64,000 nt of DNA, from positions 223,559 through 287,558 of the forward strand of contig NMRA01000547.1 in the NCBI GenBank assembly GCA_002633005.1, read 5' to 3'. Source of the DNA: Phoronis australis. Lineage: Eukaryota > Animalia > Phoronida. The notes beneath the pieces are model-generated. The model did not search any database, had not been told where the DNA came from, and saw only the letters and a program-made list of their open reading frames with translations. A program made the position numbers and the translations under genes. Shown in pieces: positions 37,468 through 52,449 of this stretch (position 1 is the first letter of the stretch; each line of letters begins with the position of its first letter).

Positions 37468-38900
37468 AAACTCGCACTTGTAGGGAAGCTTTCCACTAGA
37501 ATACAGCACAGTGGCAAAGAATCCGAAAGGATACTAAACCAAGGTTTATCTGGTTACTAATAATAGATTATAACAAGATCACTTGAACTTCAGTAGGACA
37601 AGTCTGTGTATTTAGCTTGTATCATTCTAGAAAACTATAGGTTTTAACTCCGAAAAAGTATATATTTTATGAAAGAAAGACTAAAATTTTGATTATTACC
37701 TTAATACCAATCTGCCAATAATAGGGTTATGTGACAAAATAAAGCAACAAAGAAACGCACACTCATAGCAAAACAACAGAGTATAAATAACATGACCAAC
37801 ATTCATTTGGTATAAATGTTCATGATACAATTTCAAATATGCTGTAACAGTTTTCTAAATCATCATTCCATTTTTGTTTCATGGAACTTTTGAGTTTCTC
37901 CAAAAAAATCATAGAAGTTCCTTTTTGATATACCTTTTTGCAACAAGACCAACGCAGAGCGTTGATAATAGCCCACTGTGTGCATCGCATATAGCGCAGA
38001 TACAAGGGATGATTACTATTTTTAACATTCTCACTAAATGGAGCAATGCTAGTAAACATATAATATGGTAGTCTCTAGTGGGTGCATGGCAAGTCAGGAA
38101 CGCTCTCCTCAATAGGAACACACTTGCCAAGCCCATAAAAATTTAAAACTGGCACTGAATGTACAGTGGTTGTCAGTCGTCTGTTGTCACGTTCATAGTA
38201 ATACAGTTGCCAAATTTCACAAAGATCCAGCATGGAGAAACAGATGCGGATGCTAAGAAAGCAAACTGGTACAGAGGGCACAACAGTAATCAAATTGTCC
38301 AAAAATTGTCATTAGTATTCTTTCCACAACGAACATTAATTTTCATAACAATTGCTAAAGCGTTTTGGCTGATAAATAGAGATGGACAGCACAAACGAAC
38401 TAAAATATAACGAAAAACAGCCACTAGGAGACGTAAACTACGCCAAATCTATCTGAAAATGAAAAGTTGTCATCGCCACAGCAATAGCAACCTATTTGTC
38501 AAATTTCATAAAAGCTACCAAGAAACTCCAAAGATACAGATCAAAACTAAAATTGCCACAAGGGGACACAGCAGGAGTCGGATCCATCAACACATCGCCG
38601 TCATCCATTGTCATCTTCATACAAATACACTTGCCTAAGTAAACGATCCTGTAGAGGGTTTTGGAGATACAGTCATAAACCCAACAAAAATAAAACTGCC
38701 ACTAGGAAGCACCACAGTAGCTGACACCATCCAAAACTCATCGCCACATATCCTCCTCCCAGTAAGAATATTGTAAGTCAATTTTCATAATCCTAAGAGT
38801 GGTTTGGCGGACAGAGGCAGATGCCAAAACAGACTAAAAATAATACTAACCGCCACTAAGTGGTGTGCACTATGTCAAATCCATCCGAAAATAGATGGAT

Positions 38901-39376
38901 CAGGGCTTGGAATGACCAATGACAAAAAACGCGGAAACTTTTATGGCCCAAAACATGCGCGCTATAGTCGATGTGTCGATGTGAACAAAAAAAAAACGTT
39001 GCCACCATCAGTAGCATGCGTCTGCGTCTTTTTATCTCGCCCATCCACTCCTCCACTCCCACCCCAACACATTTTTGGCTGCAGAGCCGTTGTATTTGTC
39101 ACCGCAGTTTACAATCACACGAGACGCCATTGAAAATCCCACCACGCTATCCCAGATGCCCCGGCAATGTTGACAATTTACGTTCCACCCAAACATAAAG
39201 AGCAACTTCCGCTTTTCGAGGTGAACGTCGTCGGCAACGCCGCTGTAAGAAAGGAATTTTCCGTGGAAATTTTATATCAAATCCGATTTTTTTTACGCGG
39301 AAATATAATAAAATGCGCGGACAGAACATTTGAAAAAAGCGGAAATCCGCGTTTCCATGGAAAATTCCAAGCCCTG
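38901..39376. mobile_element. MITE (476 bp) with 6-bp TSD
   Basis: Perfect 13-bp TIR CAGGGCTTGGAAT; ATGGAT on both sides; inserted in HINE copy 8. Confidence 0.8.
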
Positions 39377-39470
39377 ATGGATGTCATCACCTCTTTTAAT
39401 ACAAATCTATTTACCAAATTTCGGAAAAATCTGTCATAGAACTCCAAAGATACAGAGACAAATAGAATTA

Positions 39471-40953
39471 CCGTGTTTGCTCTAATAACCACCCAAGTCG
39501 CTTAGAAAAATTCGTTTCAAGGGGGACGCTTATTGTAACCCAAGACGGATGAAACCCGGTCTCCGAAACGGGTGCAATCGGAAGCTAAGATTTATCATAT
39601 TTATGCTCTCTAACGTATCTGTAACCTATGACAGACTTTCTAAAAAAACTGTGGTGCATTGCTATCAAACTTTGCTGTTAAATTACGATGATCATCATTT
39701 TACAGAAAATTGTGCTGAAATACCAGGGCGAAAATTTGCCGACTGACTGCCTCGCAATTGTCGACATGTCAACCTGAATGCTTGAATAAAAATACAGTTT
39801 CGACTCAAGCAAATTACCTGAAATCCTCCTTAAGTTTTCCAGATAGTGTCCCTAAGATTTTTAAGTTCCCGTGGAGTCGGGATTAACGGCAGATTAAGTC
39901 AAAATCTGTGCTAAACCATGCCATCTATGAGAAAAATCTCTGGACGAACACACATGTTAATGTCACGTGACGTTTGTTTTGAACTTCGTCTGCGTGTGTG
40001 AGTAAGCGAGCGTGTGCGTGTCACCAGAGTTCGGCATTTGCCAGAGTAAACGCAATCTATTCTAATGAGGTAGATGTGCATTGTATCTACAGAAATTGGC
40101 ACAAGCAGTAGGCTTAAAGCAGAACGTGTTTCATTCAGCACTTGCCGGTCTCATGTGCTAAAAATCATTCGACATTTGTCTCAGTTGGAAAGGCCCATAT
40201 TAGTTGCTGGGTGGCTGGATGCATACGTGACTGTCTGACAGTAATTTTTCGGAGTAAGGGTGTGTAAACATTCACTGTCAAAGGTCATTTTATCGGATAT
40301 TTGGCTTTAAAAAACACCAATTATGATTAATTAAACAGTCCCTCGTAAAAATAACGCAACCATTTCTTATAGTATTAGAAACTGTCGGAAATTAGTGCCA
40401 ATATTTATTTCTTGCGGATGCTGTGCTACCCATTTCATGAATGAATGGTTCACGACTAATGTCTTTATGACAGGATGAGGTACATGTATGTAGCGCAAGC
40501 TTCCTGGCCACGTGCTTTTAATAGTGACCAAGTTTTATATTAGTCTTCACGTGAACAAAAAATTCCTGTTGAGGGCGGGAAATATCTACAATACAATCCC
40601 GTTGACAAGTACACTACGTCTGAAAGGCCTGTCCATCGTGAGACATATTCCTCGCAAGACCAGCAAAACTTTTGTGTTCGTTTTGAGGCACAGCAGAAGT
40701 TTGATGTGTATAGTCGAGGCTAAATACCGACATAGCGGCCAGGCTCGTAGTCTACAAATTCTGCACACAATGATTTTTTTTCAGGACTGCCGGATATTAT
40801 TAATGAATTGAGGACGTTACTGTATAATTTTAGGATTGTAGGTAAGGCATTTTTCGCACGTATACGTTCATGGGCTGGGTGCTTTTTTAGCAAAATTTGA
40901 AAATGCGTGGGGGGCGCTTATAGGGGCATGGGCGGTTATTAGAACGAATACGG
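39471..40953. mobile_element. Tc1/mariner-pogo-like non-autonomous element
   Basis: TA|CCGTGTTTGCTCTAATAACC ... GGTTATTAGAACGAATACGG|TA; HINE sequence resumes on both sides. Confidence 0.72.
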
Positions 40954-41102
40954 TAAAAATAAAATTGTCAGGGGACATAGCAGTTAATGGATCCATCCAA
41001 AAGTCGTCGTCACCTGTAGTCACCTTCATATAAATACACTGCCAAATTTTACAAAGATCCTGCAAAGGGTTAAGGAGATACAGCAGCAGACGCCAGGATG
41101 CA

Positions 41103-41256
41103 GGACGGAAGCCGGACGGAAGCCGGACGGAAGCCGGACGGAAGCCGGACGGAAGCCGGACGGAAGCCGGACGGAAGCCGGACGGAAGCCGGACGGAAGC
41201 CGGACGGAAGCCGGACGGAAGCCGGACGGAAGCCGGACGGAAGCCGGACGGAAGCC
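41103..41256. repeat. 11-bp minisatellite (GCCGGACGGAA) x about 14
   Basis: Perfect tandem array. Confidence 0.95.
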
Positions 41257-42780
41257 AGTCAGAGATGAAGGCATAATGCGCCCATGTATAAATATATGGA
41301 CACATAAAAAAGGAGCACTTTAAAAACAATTCTTAACAGCATCTTGGAGAACAGTCCCTGAAGTATCTGAATGTTTTATATGAATTCGTTCACCCATTTC
41401 GAACTGATATGTTCTAAATTTATTTAAAATTAAAAGGTTGTGTAGAAGTAGAACACTAAAAATGTCCAAATTTGACCCACTTTGGAATGTCATAACTCAG
41501 AAATGGCCGATTGGATTCAAATGAAACTTTCATAGTCTACACTTCATGCACTGTTCTCCAAAAACTCATGACAGAACGACGTTTTGGAAAACAAAACGTT
41601 AGTGTCCTTTCAAAGTTCATATGCATGTTTAAAATGCATTATTTTGCGGATATGTAATCGCACATACAGTAAAATAACACGTGGGAACTGAAATTTTAAA
41701 AGGGAAAGTCACCATTTTTGGAGTAATGTTAGCAAAAATAAAAATTCTTGGTTATCTTGGAGCTACATTTTCATTATTAATTTCAGTTTTCCTAGCCTTC
41801 TGCGGGTGGACGCAACAATAGAAATGTGACTATGAAGTGACCAGTAAAATGCCAGCACCTAATAGTCATGCAGGTTAATTCAAAAACAGTTACCATAAAA
41901 ACTAGGCTGTGGCAACTAATAAAAGTATACATTTTCTGAAAGAAGAAATATCGTGGATTATAAAAATACTCTTTATACTTACGTGTCCTTGTTATTATAA
42001 CGTTGCCACCTTTTTAAGACAAATTTTCATTTTTTACAAAGGTGCATTTATAACACAAATAACCTTAAGTTGATTTTAATGAAACCTTCTTTAAATGAAA
42101 ACTTGCCGATATCTCTCAAAAGCCCCGATAGGAATGTTCTACTACTCATTTAGCTTGGTTTCTACATCAAATTAACACCCAAAACGCAAGGCATTTTTTG
42201 CAAACAACAGAGTAAGCATTCGTCTATGACATGGTACAATAAAATTAGACGTTTCAGTGAAAGCCACTAAGGTGTTTTCGAGAAATCATGTTGCTAAGTT
42301 CAAATTAAGTCGATTTGCTGAAGCTGGGAGAAAGTTGAAAACCTAACCAGTCATAAAATCTCAAGGTTTTTGTTTAATTTTTCAGGGAAAATTTCTTTTT
42401 GGTCAATGTAACCTATACACGGCTTAGCCATATTCATATTTCAACATTCACCTACTATGTCAACTGAATTTGCAATGCATAATTTACTTAATAATGTTAA
42501 AACCTCGTTTTGTTTTGTAAGTCAGGGTTCAATGGCCATAGTCAAACTAGATCAGAGGCAGAGTCAAGGTTAGGAAGTCAATAGTACATTGTGGTACACA
42601 GTTTACGAACCGCACACCGGGGAGACTAATATCACAAAACCAACTGAGCAAGGGGAATAGAAATGATCAAATATCTGTGGTTACAGCACATGTCTCATTA
42701 TCAATGAAATCAATGAACTTGGGCAAGAACTTATTTTTTTCACAAGTTTCTGTGTTCCTATAAACACTACAAAGCGCCAT

Positions 42781-45700
42781 GAGAAAATGTTTAGATTATG
42801 CTCTTGCCTAATTTTCAGTTCTGACGTGCAGGTACAGCATTACTGTTCTTCACGACAGCCACTGAAAGGCTCTGGAGTGCAAGGCTAGTTGCCAACGTGA
42901 AAGTTGAATCAGTGCTCTCTAACAGACACGTGCATTCGTGCATTCGAGTAGTTAAGTTTGCAAAGTGAAAAGGGAGAAAACACTTGTTGAAAGAGTATCC
43001 ACGGTTTTGATAGGTCTGACCTGCAATATGACTGTCATCAAAGTTGTTAAAGATCCATACTCCTTTCATTTTTTATTCGCAGCCCAAAATTTGCAACCAA
43101 ACTCGACGTTTGAAAAACATCCTCTCCAAACAAAATCCATGGAACATTGCCCTAGCCGAATGATGTATTCGGATGAGCAGGCACAACTGAATGCAAATTT
43201 CACAACAAAATGTGGGATTTATGCTGTATACCTCAACATGAAATGAAAAGTTTGAAATAATTACCCAACACTGTTCTGGTTTCCATCGGTAATTCCAGTT
43301 TGCTCAATATATTCCACGTACGGAAAAAATAGGTCAGTTACAAAACGACATGCTGGTCACAAGTGTTACTTCCTTTCGGAGGTACAAAACAAAGCCGAAG
43401 TTTGGTTGTTACATATTGAGAAGACGTTTTTTTGAAAACTGAATTTGTTATGTAAAATGAGAGTGCCTCACTATAGGTTGCGTGTCGACCTATCGCCAGT
43501 ATTTTGAGTGAGGGTTTAACTGACCAATCAGAATGCAGCATTCTTGACACACCTTCGTTTCCAAGCCGCCATTTTACCCGACAAATAACGCATTGCCAGG
43601 TAAAACTTACTGTTTGTTTGTCGACATTGTGCAAGGGGGCGGAGTTTGCGATTGGTCAATTACAAACAACACGCGGTCGTTTGTAGTGCGTTATGATGGG
43701 CGCTAGCCTGAACTGTGGGCCCTTGATTGGAAATTCTCTAAAGTTGAAAGGGAACGCTTAGTAGAGCAGTGAGTGCTTATTATGATACACTTTAAAGATA
43801 GGGAGTAGGGACATGGGTGAGCACTCATTAACCTGCAGTAATAAGATATTGAAAAACTGCAGTAGTAAGAAATGGTTTAATACAATTTTGCTAGGCATTA
43901 TTAATTCCATCTAGTAGGGGTGACTTTCTAGCTATTGTTACCACCCTTTTTAGCCATACGGAATAATTTTGTTTTTTATTATTCTGCTTCAGCTAGAACA
44001 AGATTATTTCTAATGGATTCGAAAAATGGGTGGGTGGTGTATGAACAGAAGCATAAAAAGTTTGCTAATCACAATTTTACATCTACCCGTTTAGAAGTAG
44101 TAGCTGGCTATGGGTATACAACATCGGGCCAAGGGAACATCAACCCAGGGAAACATCAAAACGGGAAAATATCAGTTCTGGGTTACACCGGTCTTAGGGA
44201 ATATAGTAAAGCATTGGGACTTATATAACCACCAGGAATCTATTTAGTTCCCTGTCAAATAAACCATTGGCACCTGGCTGCTTAATAGAGCCAAGCTGGT
44301 ACACTTTTTCATAAAAACTGTCACCGTTCTACTTCAATGTGCAACTTGGACTGGTGCACATGCATGAGTTGACGCACTTGAATCGCTGGAATAAGCCTAC
44401 CACAGACATCATAGACCGGGCACGCGCCATTCAGATACATGTAGCTTGCTTTGCCAATATGACGCCATATTGGAGAGTGCTACACAGGACAAAAATGACG
44501 GAAAACACTGGAAGCCCTATGGCATTAGTCTGAAAATCCGCAGGCTCTGAGTGTTATGCTTGCAGCCAAAGAGTTTTTTGGTCCTGCCTTTGAGTCATGG
44601 GCTTTTTGGTTCGGCATGGAGTTTAGAGGTGCTGCCACTAGGTTCAAATGTTCTGCCACCATAGTTAAAGCGGAGCAATTATGCGTTGTTTTCACAATTG
44701 TTCGAACATTCCTTTGTTCAGTTGCCCAACTTGGCAACTACCATTATTACACTGCTCGTGGCAGGATATAATATCTGACTACTGAACAGCATAACACTAA
44801 TCCAAAATACTTGGCCACATGTTAAGAATCTTCCTATCGCAGCCAAGTTTTCTTACTCTAAAAGTCAAATTTGGAACCATGAGAACTGAGGCCAAGAGTG
44901 CGTGGGAGAATTTATTTTAAACTTCTCGGCGGCTGAGGAACGTGCAGTTCATTTATTAGATTAAGGGCGGAATGATGTGTGGGAGCTGGGCTGATCTCTT
45001 TGTGAGCACATAATTACACCGTGTGGGGATACTACAAAGTGCCTGGTGCTTGATCAGGGATGACTTCAAATCCGTGAGAGAGGAATATTGTGCGTAAGAG
45101 AAGAATATTTGTCCGCTGGCAATCCCAAGCGATGCACAGGAGAGGAATTGAGTCTGTGTTCTTTGCTTTTTACATTACGGAGTTCTCCCCTTTAGTCTAA
45201 CTTGTTAGGTTGTATACACAAGTTGGGCGGATGACCGCTATAGCCAATATATTACACTGAGGACTGATTAAGTCCATTCTGGCAATAGGGTTGGAGGGTC
45301 AGCTCTCTTTTTTCGATAGTTGCTCTAATCTCCAATAAGATCATATCTTATCAACTCACTGGGCTGTAGCGTTAAAAATAAGTTAAGTTATATAAAATTT
45401 TGAACATAAACCAATGACATTTCTGAATTCTCCCATCAAATACTGGTCATGCTTAAAGTTTTTGAATCGCCAAAATCGCCCAACTATACAGTCAAAGTTG
45501 AAGACTATCATACACTCACAACCGCTGTACATCTGGTAAAGTCACGCAACAGGAGAACGCCCTAATGAACTTTAAAAACCTCTCATTTATCTATATGACT
45601 CCAATGAGGTCATTTTTCACAGTAGTTCACATTAAATTTAGACCCCCCCCACTAAATGTGACCTGGGTGGTATTTTAATTTTACATAGTTACCCGGGGTC

Positions 45701-46816
45701 ATTTTCAATACTGAAAACTAAGGTTTATTGGGGCAAAGCAGAAGTACGTCCCAAGTGAGCAGCATGTCTCCTGGATATAATGCATTTGCATCGAGCGACA
45801 TGAATTAAATGATAAATTTGAGCGATCTTACTGGTTTCTCTTGAAGAAACGAAAAAAATAAAACGCTCACAGTGGATAACAAGCGTGCAGCCGCTCAGAC
45901 AAATCGAGAATCTGCCACTGGTTGTGATCTTCTATTAGTTTGATATTTTCCCCATCAACTGATTGACACTTAAAAAATGCATGTAAGTGCGACATCACGT
46001 TTTTTTGTTTCTGGAAAAATCGCACTCTTCCGCCTCTTTATGTGTTAGATATTGTGCTTTGAAAAGAGCAATTTGTGACTAGTAGCACTCTCCAATATGA
46101 CGTTAAGTTGTCAGCTGCAGTAGTGCCCGGTCTATAGTATTAAGGGTTTGAGAATTTCTTGGCTACTCAAAAATTACTTTGCGGAAAGTAAAGATGTGGC
46201 GATTAATAGAGTTGTCATTTTCACATTTGCTGCCTTTTGTGATAAAAACGAGATGCACATTTCCAAGTTACAATCATCTGCTGGGACCGCTAGCATGCCA
46301 ACAAGGAGCCCGAGCAATGCCGCAGTGCGATATCAGGGATATTGTTGAGGAATGAAGGACATTTTACCTGGAAAATAAATGCTTTTCCACCACAAAGTAA
46401 GTTGATCAGTTTAAGAATTAGTAGAAACAACGCTGTTTTGTGACGTTTTATCACGTGTTATGCCGTGGTTCAGCATAACTTTCAAAAGTAGCCAAAATTT
46501 TGTTAGCCAATGAAATGTGTCAAAGATCGATTCTGCATTATCCATGTTTACGCGACATGCTTATGAGTCATTTGGAAGGCCGTTCTCGGTTAGTGTTCTT
46601 TTGAACTTGATTTGGCAACACCCAAATAACGGTCGGATTTACTCGAGTAGCTTTATATTTGCCATGTATCTGCCGAGTAATGTAAAAACTAAGCTTGCAT
46701 ATGTTGGAAATTCCAGGTCACATTTTGCAATTTGATACGAGCTGGCAAAAATGTCAGCTCCTTTTTCCAAATTTCAGGTCGCAAATGCAAACTGCAGCTC
46801 GTTATGTCGAGCCGTG
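42781..46816. mobile_element. Second, left-truncated copy of the 8495-13128 transposon family
   Basis: Colinear with 8648-13128 (gagaaaatgtttagattatgctctt ... gcagctcgttatgtcgagcc); lacks the Kolobok insert but carries 44411-46135. Confidence 0.75.
44411..46135. mobile_element. TIR element (PIF/Harbinger-ISL2EU-like; 2-bp AT or TA TSD)
   Basis: Ends ATAGACCGGGCAC / GTGCCCGGTCTAT plus inverted subterminal CATATTGGAGAGTGCTAC / GTAGCACTCTCCAATATG. Confidence 0.65.
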
Positions 46817-48101
46817 TACGTTACCTTAAGTCTTCATTCACCTTCACTGATCAAAACACAATGACCACAGTCGGTGCCACCCACTGCATTTTTTCAACGG
46901 AAGTAAACGTAGAGGTGAAATGGGGGCCTTATGCTGGACAACTTATGCCACTTTTCTATTGTTGCATGTATAGTTGTAAAAGGCCAGGGAAACAGTGACT
47001 AAAATATCTCCAAGATATCCAGTTATTTTAATTTCAAATAAAAATAACATAAAAAATGTTTGCTTTTTCTATAAAGGCAAAAACAAATAACACTGATTAC
47101 CTGGACCCGTCGGAGCTGATAGCAAAAATAGAGAATACATTGTGAGTAAAATGCACATCATCATATATTCATAAAGATGCATTAATAAAGGTCAAGTGTG
47201 CAGCAATACTAGAGGACGTAAAATGGCCAAATGACTTTTGAACACCTTAAATTAATGAATTATTGGTCATGTCTTCGTTAACTCCCGACATTAACTAATT
47301 GTGCTAATTACTATCATACGACCCCATCAGGAACCCTATTTGCCATCAAAAAAACTGTAGGTGGTGCTCGTACTAATCGACGCAAATGACGTCATCTTTG
47401 TGAAGCGAGACATGCAGTCCTTTGTCAAAAAAAAACTGACCATACCGTGATGGGTGCAATTTTCAAATCTCAGACTTTCCAAATTATATCTATTAGAAAC
47501 AACATAATTGTTTAATCAAGTACACCCACACAGATCTCGACAGTTCCAGTTGCATAGAATATCCTACCGAGTCGCAGTGTCACGATAGCATGGCGTTTTC
47601 GAAGTAAGTAGCACGGTGCGTCTTCGATGTCAGTAGCGTAGTCTCAGTGGGGGTTACTTATTCAATCTAACATCAAAGGCTTGTTCACAAAGGCATCAGG
47701 GTCTAGTGAACCACTTTTAGTACAGGGATCCTGCATGGGGACAGGTTGGCAATCAATGAATATTCGTCGTACCCACGGCGACACTTTGGCGGAGTGTGTG
47801 TACCAGAGAACTAATCTCTCTATAGCCGCTCCGATTAAGGGATTATGTTGGGGCATAATGCGGTGTTAAACATCTTACTAACGAATGGATCATGCGAGTC
47901 TTTTCACACCTGGGTTATACAACCCAAATATCTCGTGATGGACGGACGTTCTAACAATGACAGTGAAAGCAGAAGTGACAATAACAGCGAATTTGAAGGC
48001 ACTATAGAGACGGAAGAGTTCAACGGAATGCACGGCGAAATGGAACATTACAAAATGTAGACAGAACTTTTGAATGAATAAATGCAATATGTACATATAT
48101 A

Positions 48102-50534
48102 CCGTAAACGTTCGGGTTAACGCCCATGTTCACTTAACCGCCTATCCCCAACTTTAGGTGGATTTTCGATTTAAGCGCCTCCCTGTGATTTTTGAAGATT
48201 TCCAGTTAAGCGCCCACCGCTCGGTTAAGCGCCCATCCCCGACTTTTAAAGAGTGAAGATTTAGCGCCCAGTGCTAAGGAAACGCATGATTCACCGACTT
48301 TTAGATAAAGATCGTTGATCACAAAGAGCCCAACGACGCCGGGTCTCGGAGACAGCAGTTTAGCAAAGTGAATTACAATACAAGTTATGAATTATTGTCC
48401 TTGGTCATGGACTTACTTCAAAATATAATACTTGAATGTTTTTGTCACTTTATTTTCTTCCCATGTTCGCAAAGTTTAAGAACCCCGCCGGCATCAAAAC
48501 CTCCGCTTTCAGCGACACTGACTGCCGCGCTGAGTGCGCTAGATAAAACATATATTCGAAAAATTCAGGCCGGAGAAATTTGACAATGGTTTTGCCAACC
48601 CTCCAAATTCTCTTTAGGTGGGAAGCTCTCATATTTTGAAGAATTCCCCTAACTCAGTGAACGATGTCAAATTCTCACTATTTTGATGAATGTAACTGCT
48701 GGGTTATAGAGGATATGTAGCAACCGAAGGGACAGTGTGGCTCACTGGGTTAACGATTTGCTGCCTCTCGATTTCTGAATTCAGATGTTCGCAATAAGTT
48801 ACTGTATGTTTGTGTATCATCTTGAAGTAATTACTAAAAGATGCAAGTCAAACTTTGTTTTTCGCTTATTGCATCTCAGTCAAGCTGGCGTTAGCAGATT
48901 TAACTAATGTCACTGGCTGTCGGCACGGTTCTTTACTATGATTTCTTGCGTCAACCCCCACCTAGTCGTGACTGCATGAATTATCGTTTCCACATTCCCA
49001 TTTTAGCCATACAGAATAATTTTGTTTCTACATTGGCCAATTTCAGCCTGAACAAAAATTCTTTTCATAATAATATCTACGACGCAGACTGACTGAAAAT
49101 TTGCGATCCAGTGGGTAGGAGGTGCACGCAGCTAGCCACAGGCATGGCACATCGGGCCTAGGGAACATCGAGCCGGGAAATATCGGAATACATTTGGCAT
49201 CGCAGTTTTGGGGAACATTGGAACGGAGGACTAACGTAAAGCACTGGGTCTTTCGTAACAACAGACACGCCCGTTTCTTTTACTTAGGACTGTCGCTGTT
49301 CTCTTTTGATATGCGACTTTGCAGTGGTGCACGTGCGTAAGTTCCCACACTTTGGAGTGCATGTTACCTTGACACCAACATGTGATAGACAGGTCACTCA
49401 TACGTAAGCCTTACGTGAGTGCTGAATCCCGCCGCTATCTCTGGCCGTAAAAAAGACGCAGTTATATTACTAGACAGCATTTCCAAGTCACCATTGTCAG
49501 CCGATTGAGACAGTGCGCACAAACAGTGGGACCGACCAGTGCCACAGTGCGATATTGTAGTTGATATTATAATAGGATAATCTGGACATCTTGCATGTAA
49601 AATAAATGACAAAATGTCTTTCCACCACAAAGTTTGGTAAGGTGATCGTTTAAGAATGAATTGAAACATCGCTATTATGTGACGTTTTATGGCATATTTA
49701 TGCCGTGGCTCGAAATTTTATTATTGATTAGCGACTGGCTCACATCCGCTTACTCCCGATTGTTGTCTTGCTAGTTTGCCGAGCATGTTTGGTGCAACGG
49801 TAATTAAGCAGTGACGGGCGGTCGAGATAACACAGCTGACCACGAAACCATGCGCTAAAAATGTCATTGAGTCAAAAAGTGTCAACTATAAACATCCTAA
49901 ACACAATAAACATCTGAATTAAAATTTTCAAACTTTTATTACAATTTTTAAAACTGTTTTCTGACTCAGAACTTGACAGCTAGCACGAGACTGTAACCAT
50001 AAAGTTGATGTCTGCTGTGACCTCTACAACAAGTGAAGCTTGCACGCGCGCATTTTAGCAGGGTCACCTCTTGAAATAGTTGCAATCCAAGTGGAGGCTG
50101 CTTGGTCACTGGTCGTCTGCGCACTACAGATCTAACAAAGTAACGAAACCGCAGGACAGCACGGGGCTATTACTCAGCAATTTTGCAAATTTAATAGTGA
50201 ATGATTATGACTAAACTGAGGGTAGGAGAACCTTTGTTGGGATCATCTGCTGTTATGACATTTTTACCGTCATTTGGCGACGTGACGATAAAGCTCTTTG
50301 GAAAGTGTTACGCGTTCCGATTACGTGTGTCGTGTGTGGACTTAGAGCACTTGAGGTAAGATTAACTGCTCAGGGCGGTTGTCTGTCGTAATAAGCGCCC
50401 ATGTTCGGTTAATCCCTCACCCATGATTTCCTAAAATTTCACGTTTAAGTGCCCATGTCTGGTTAACCGCCCACCCTCCAATTTTCGGGTTTCGCCAATT
50501 TAACTGCCCAGGGCATTAACCCGAACGTTTACGG
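48102..50534. mobile_element. Tc1/mariner-pogo-like non-autonomous element
   Basis: TA TSD; TIR CCGTAAACGTTCGGGTTAA / TTAACCCGAACGTTTACGG; repeated taagcgccca subterminal motifs; carries fragments of the 8495-family at ~48960-49720. Confidence 0.78.
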
Positions 50535-52449
50535 TATATATATACACATGCATAATATGTAATGTTCGAACCAGAAGAACCGATTTAATTAAAACTGAAG
50601 GGAAAACCGGCCAGCTGTCACGGAACATGATACAGATCGTCTCGGAGGTGAAGTTCGTTGTTGGTGAGTAAAATGTAAGAGTAATCAACCAACGAAATTG
50701 CTAATTACAGTAGAATTCAAATTAAGTAGACGAAATTGCTTGCAGTCGAAAATTTGGGAAATTATGGAGAGAAATTTTCCCGTGAAATTCCAAATGATTA
50801 AGTGTTTTATTTCCACCAGATTTCTTTCACTGTTTCACCATAATTTCAACAAACAACAATATAACTTTGAGAGTATACACTGGGACATCGGTGCATTAAA
50901 ATTTTGTCAGAAGTCACCCGTTTTAATCTTGCCACAGGAATAGTATGTCAATTTGCATTTTTAATGTCTGTGATTGACACAAACAACAGCATACTAGACC
51001 GACAGTAAGGTCTAAGCTATTGAGGTACGGGCAAAATATCAAACAAAAAACAACAGACAAAACTAACATAGCAAATATGTCACCACCTTAACATGGCAAA
51101 GTTCTTCATATAAAGGGAAAGGCAATTTACACAAGGAGTACAAAACTTGGCCCGTGGCTGACGCAACTAACAGAACTACCATCATTGAGACCCATAGGAA
51201 AGTCTAAACGATTGAGGTGGGGGCAAAATATCAATGACTAACAGTGACTGACAAAGTTAGCGCAACGGAGAGGTTATTTTTGAAACTATGGTTGGGTGTT
51301 AAAGACTAATTGAACAAGGTGTTTTATGGTTAGAAGTCAGGAAAATATGGAGTCCCCGTCATAGCACAACCCATTGACATGCTAACTGCACACTTTTGCC
51401 AGTCAGTGCATGCTTTCAAAGTGTTGCCCGACGTCCACATAGGGAGTTTATAAGTACACCTTTTGAGATGTGATCAAAAAATGTGTCACAAGGCTAAAGT
51501 TGAATCAACACTATCTAATCACACCAAGCCGGTACACTGTTTTATTTAGGACTGCCACCATTCTCTTCTTGATGTGCAACTTATGTGATGTGTGCACGTC
51601 CAAGTTTCCACACTTGAACCGCTGGAATACAAGATATATTGACAGCAAGATGTGCGTGACACATGACTCACATATATATGTTGTGTGTAATGCCCCAGAA
51701 ACGAGGGCTTGAGAATTTATAGCCAACTTATGATTACTCTGTTGAAAAAGAGGTTATGACCATCGTTAGGCAAGTAATAGCCAAGTGCAGTCATCTTCTC
51801 GTTTAATTGACAACATTTCTAAGTCATGATCGTATACCGGGACCTTGCGCGTAAACAATCGGACCGACCAGTGCCGCAGTGATTTATTGTCAGGGATATT
51901 GTTAGTGGATAACCAGCACATCGGTAAGTTTATTGTTGTCAGATTTCGTATAAAACGTAGCTTCAAAACTTGGTTCACTGTGAGTCAATTGATAACGCCC
52001 TATCACAGATCTCTGCCGCAGTTTAATATGATGGGTTCGAAGGGTGCTTCACCTGACACGATTGTTTTGGTTAGTAATCGCCTTATCAATGGACATTGAT
52101 GCCTAAAGTCGACGATCTTTCTAATTGATGACATTCCTTTAGCAAACTATGTAATTTTTTACAGTCCCTGCTGGTGATCATATGTTCAGGTTGTGGTTAG
52201 TGCGGTAGTGTATTGGTCACAAAGATGATGTCAATGCACCAGTCGACTGATAGGTTAAGCAAATGCGAGGGGTCTCTGATGGGGGCACATAATATGGGGG
52301 CATAAAATGTGCAATAATTAATTAGTGGTTGTGAGGAATAAAATGAAGCAAAGATATGTTGCACAAAAGTACACGTATTTAACATATATCTAAAAGGCAG
52401 TTGGCTCATTTTACTCTCTCTATTTAAAATGGTTACTAGTGTCACACTT

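Larger units (their letters stand above)
37942..41306 (-). mobile_element. Older HINE-like copy 8, interrupted by MITE 38901-39376 and pogo-like element 39471-40953
   Basis: Terminus aacaagaccaacgcagagcgttgataatagcccac; diverged subunits; other end at 40960-41306 with an expanded 11-bp tract and hairpin atgcgcccatgtataaatatatggacacat. Confidence 0.7.

Noticed and set aside
39815-39960. Candidate DOCK9 first exon with donor CAG|gtaatt
   Set aside because: In-frame stop in the required phase, and it lies inside the TA-flanked element 39471-40953
40868-41329. 153-aa ORF with RLPSGFRPASV repeats
   Set aside because: Translation artefact of a stop-free 11-bp minisatellite
44525-45400. Possible transposase or LINE coding remnant inside the 44411-46135 element
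   Set aside because: Looks coding-like, but I could not recognise any convincing motif
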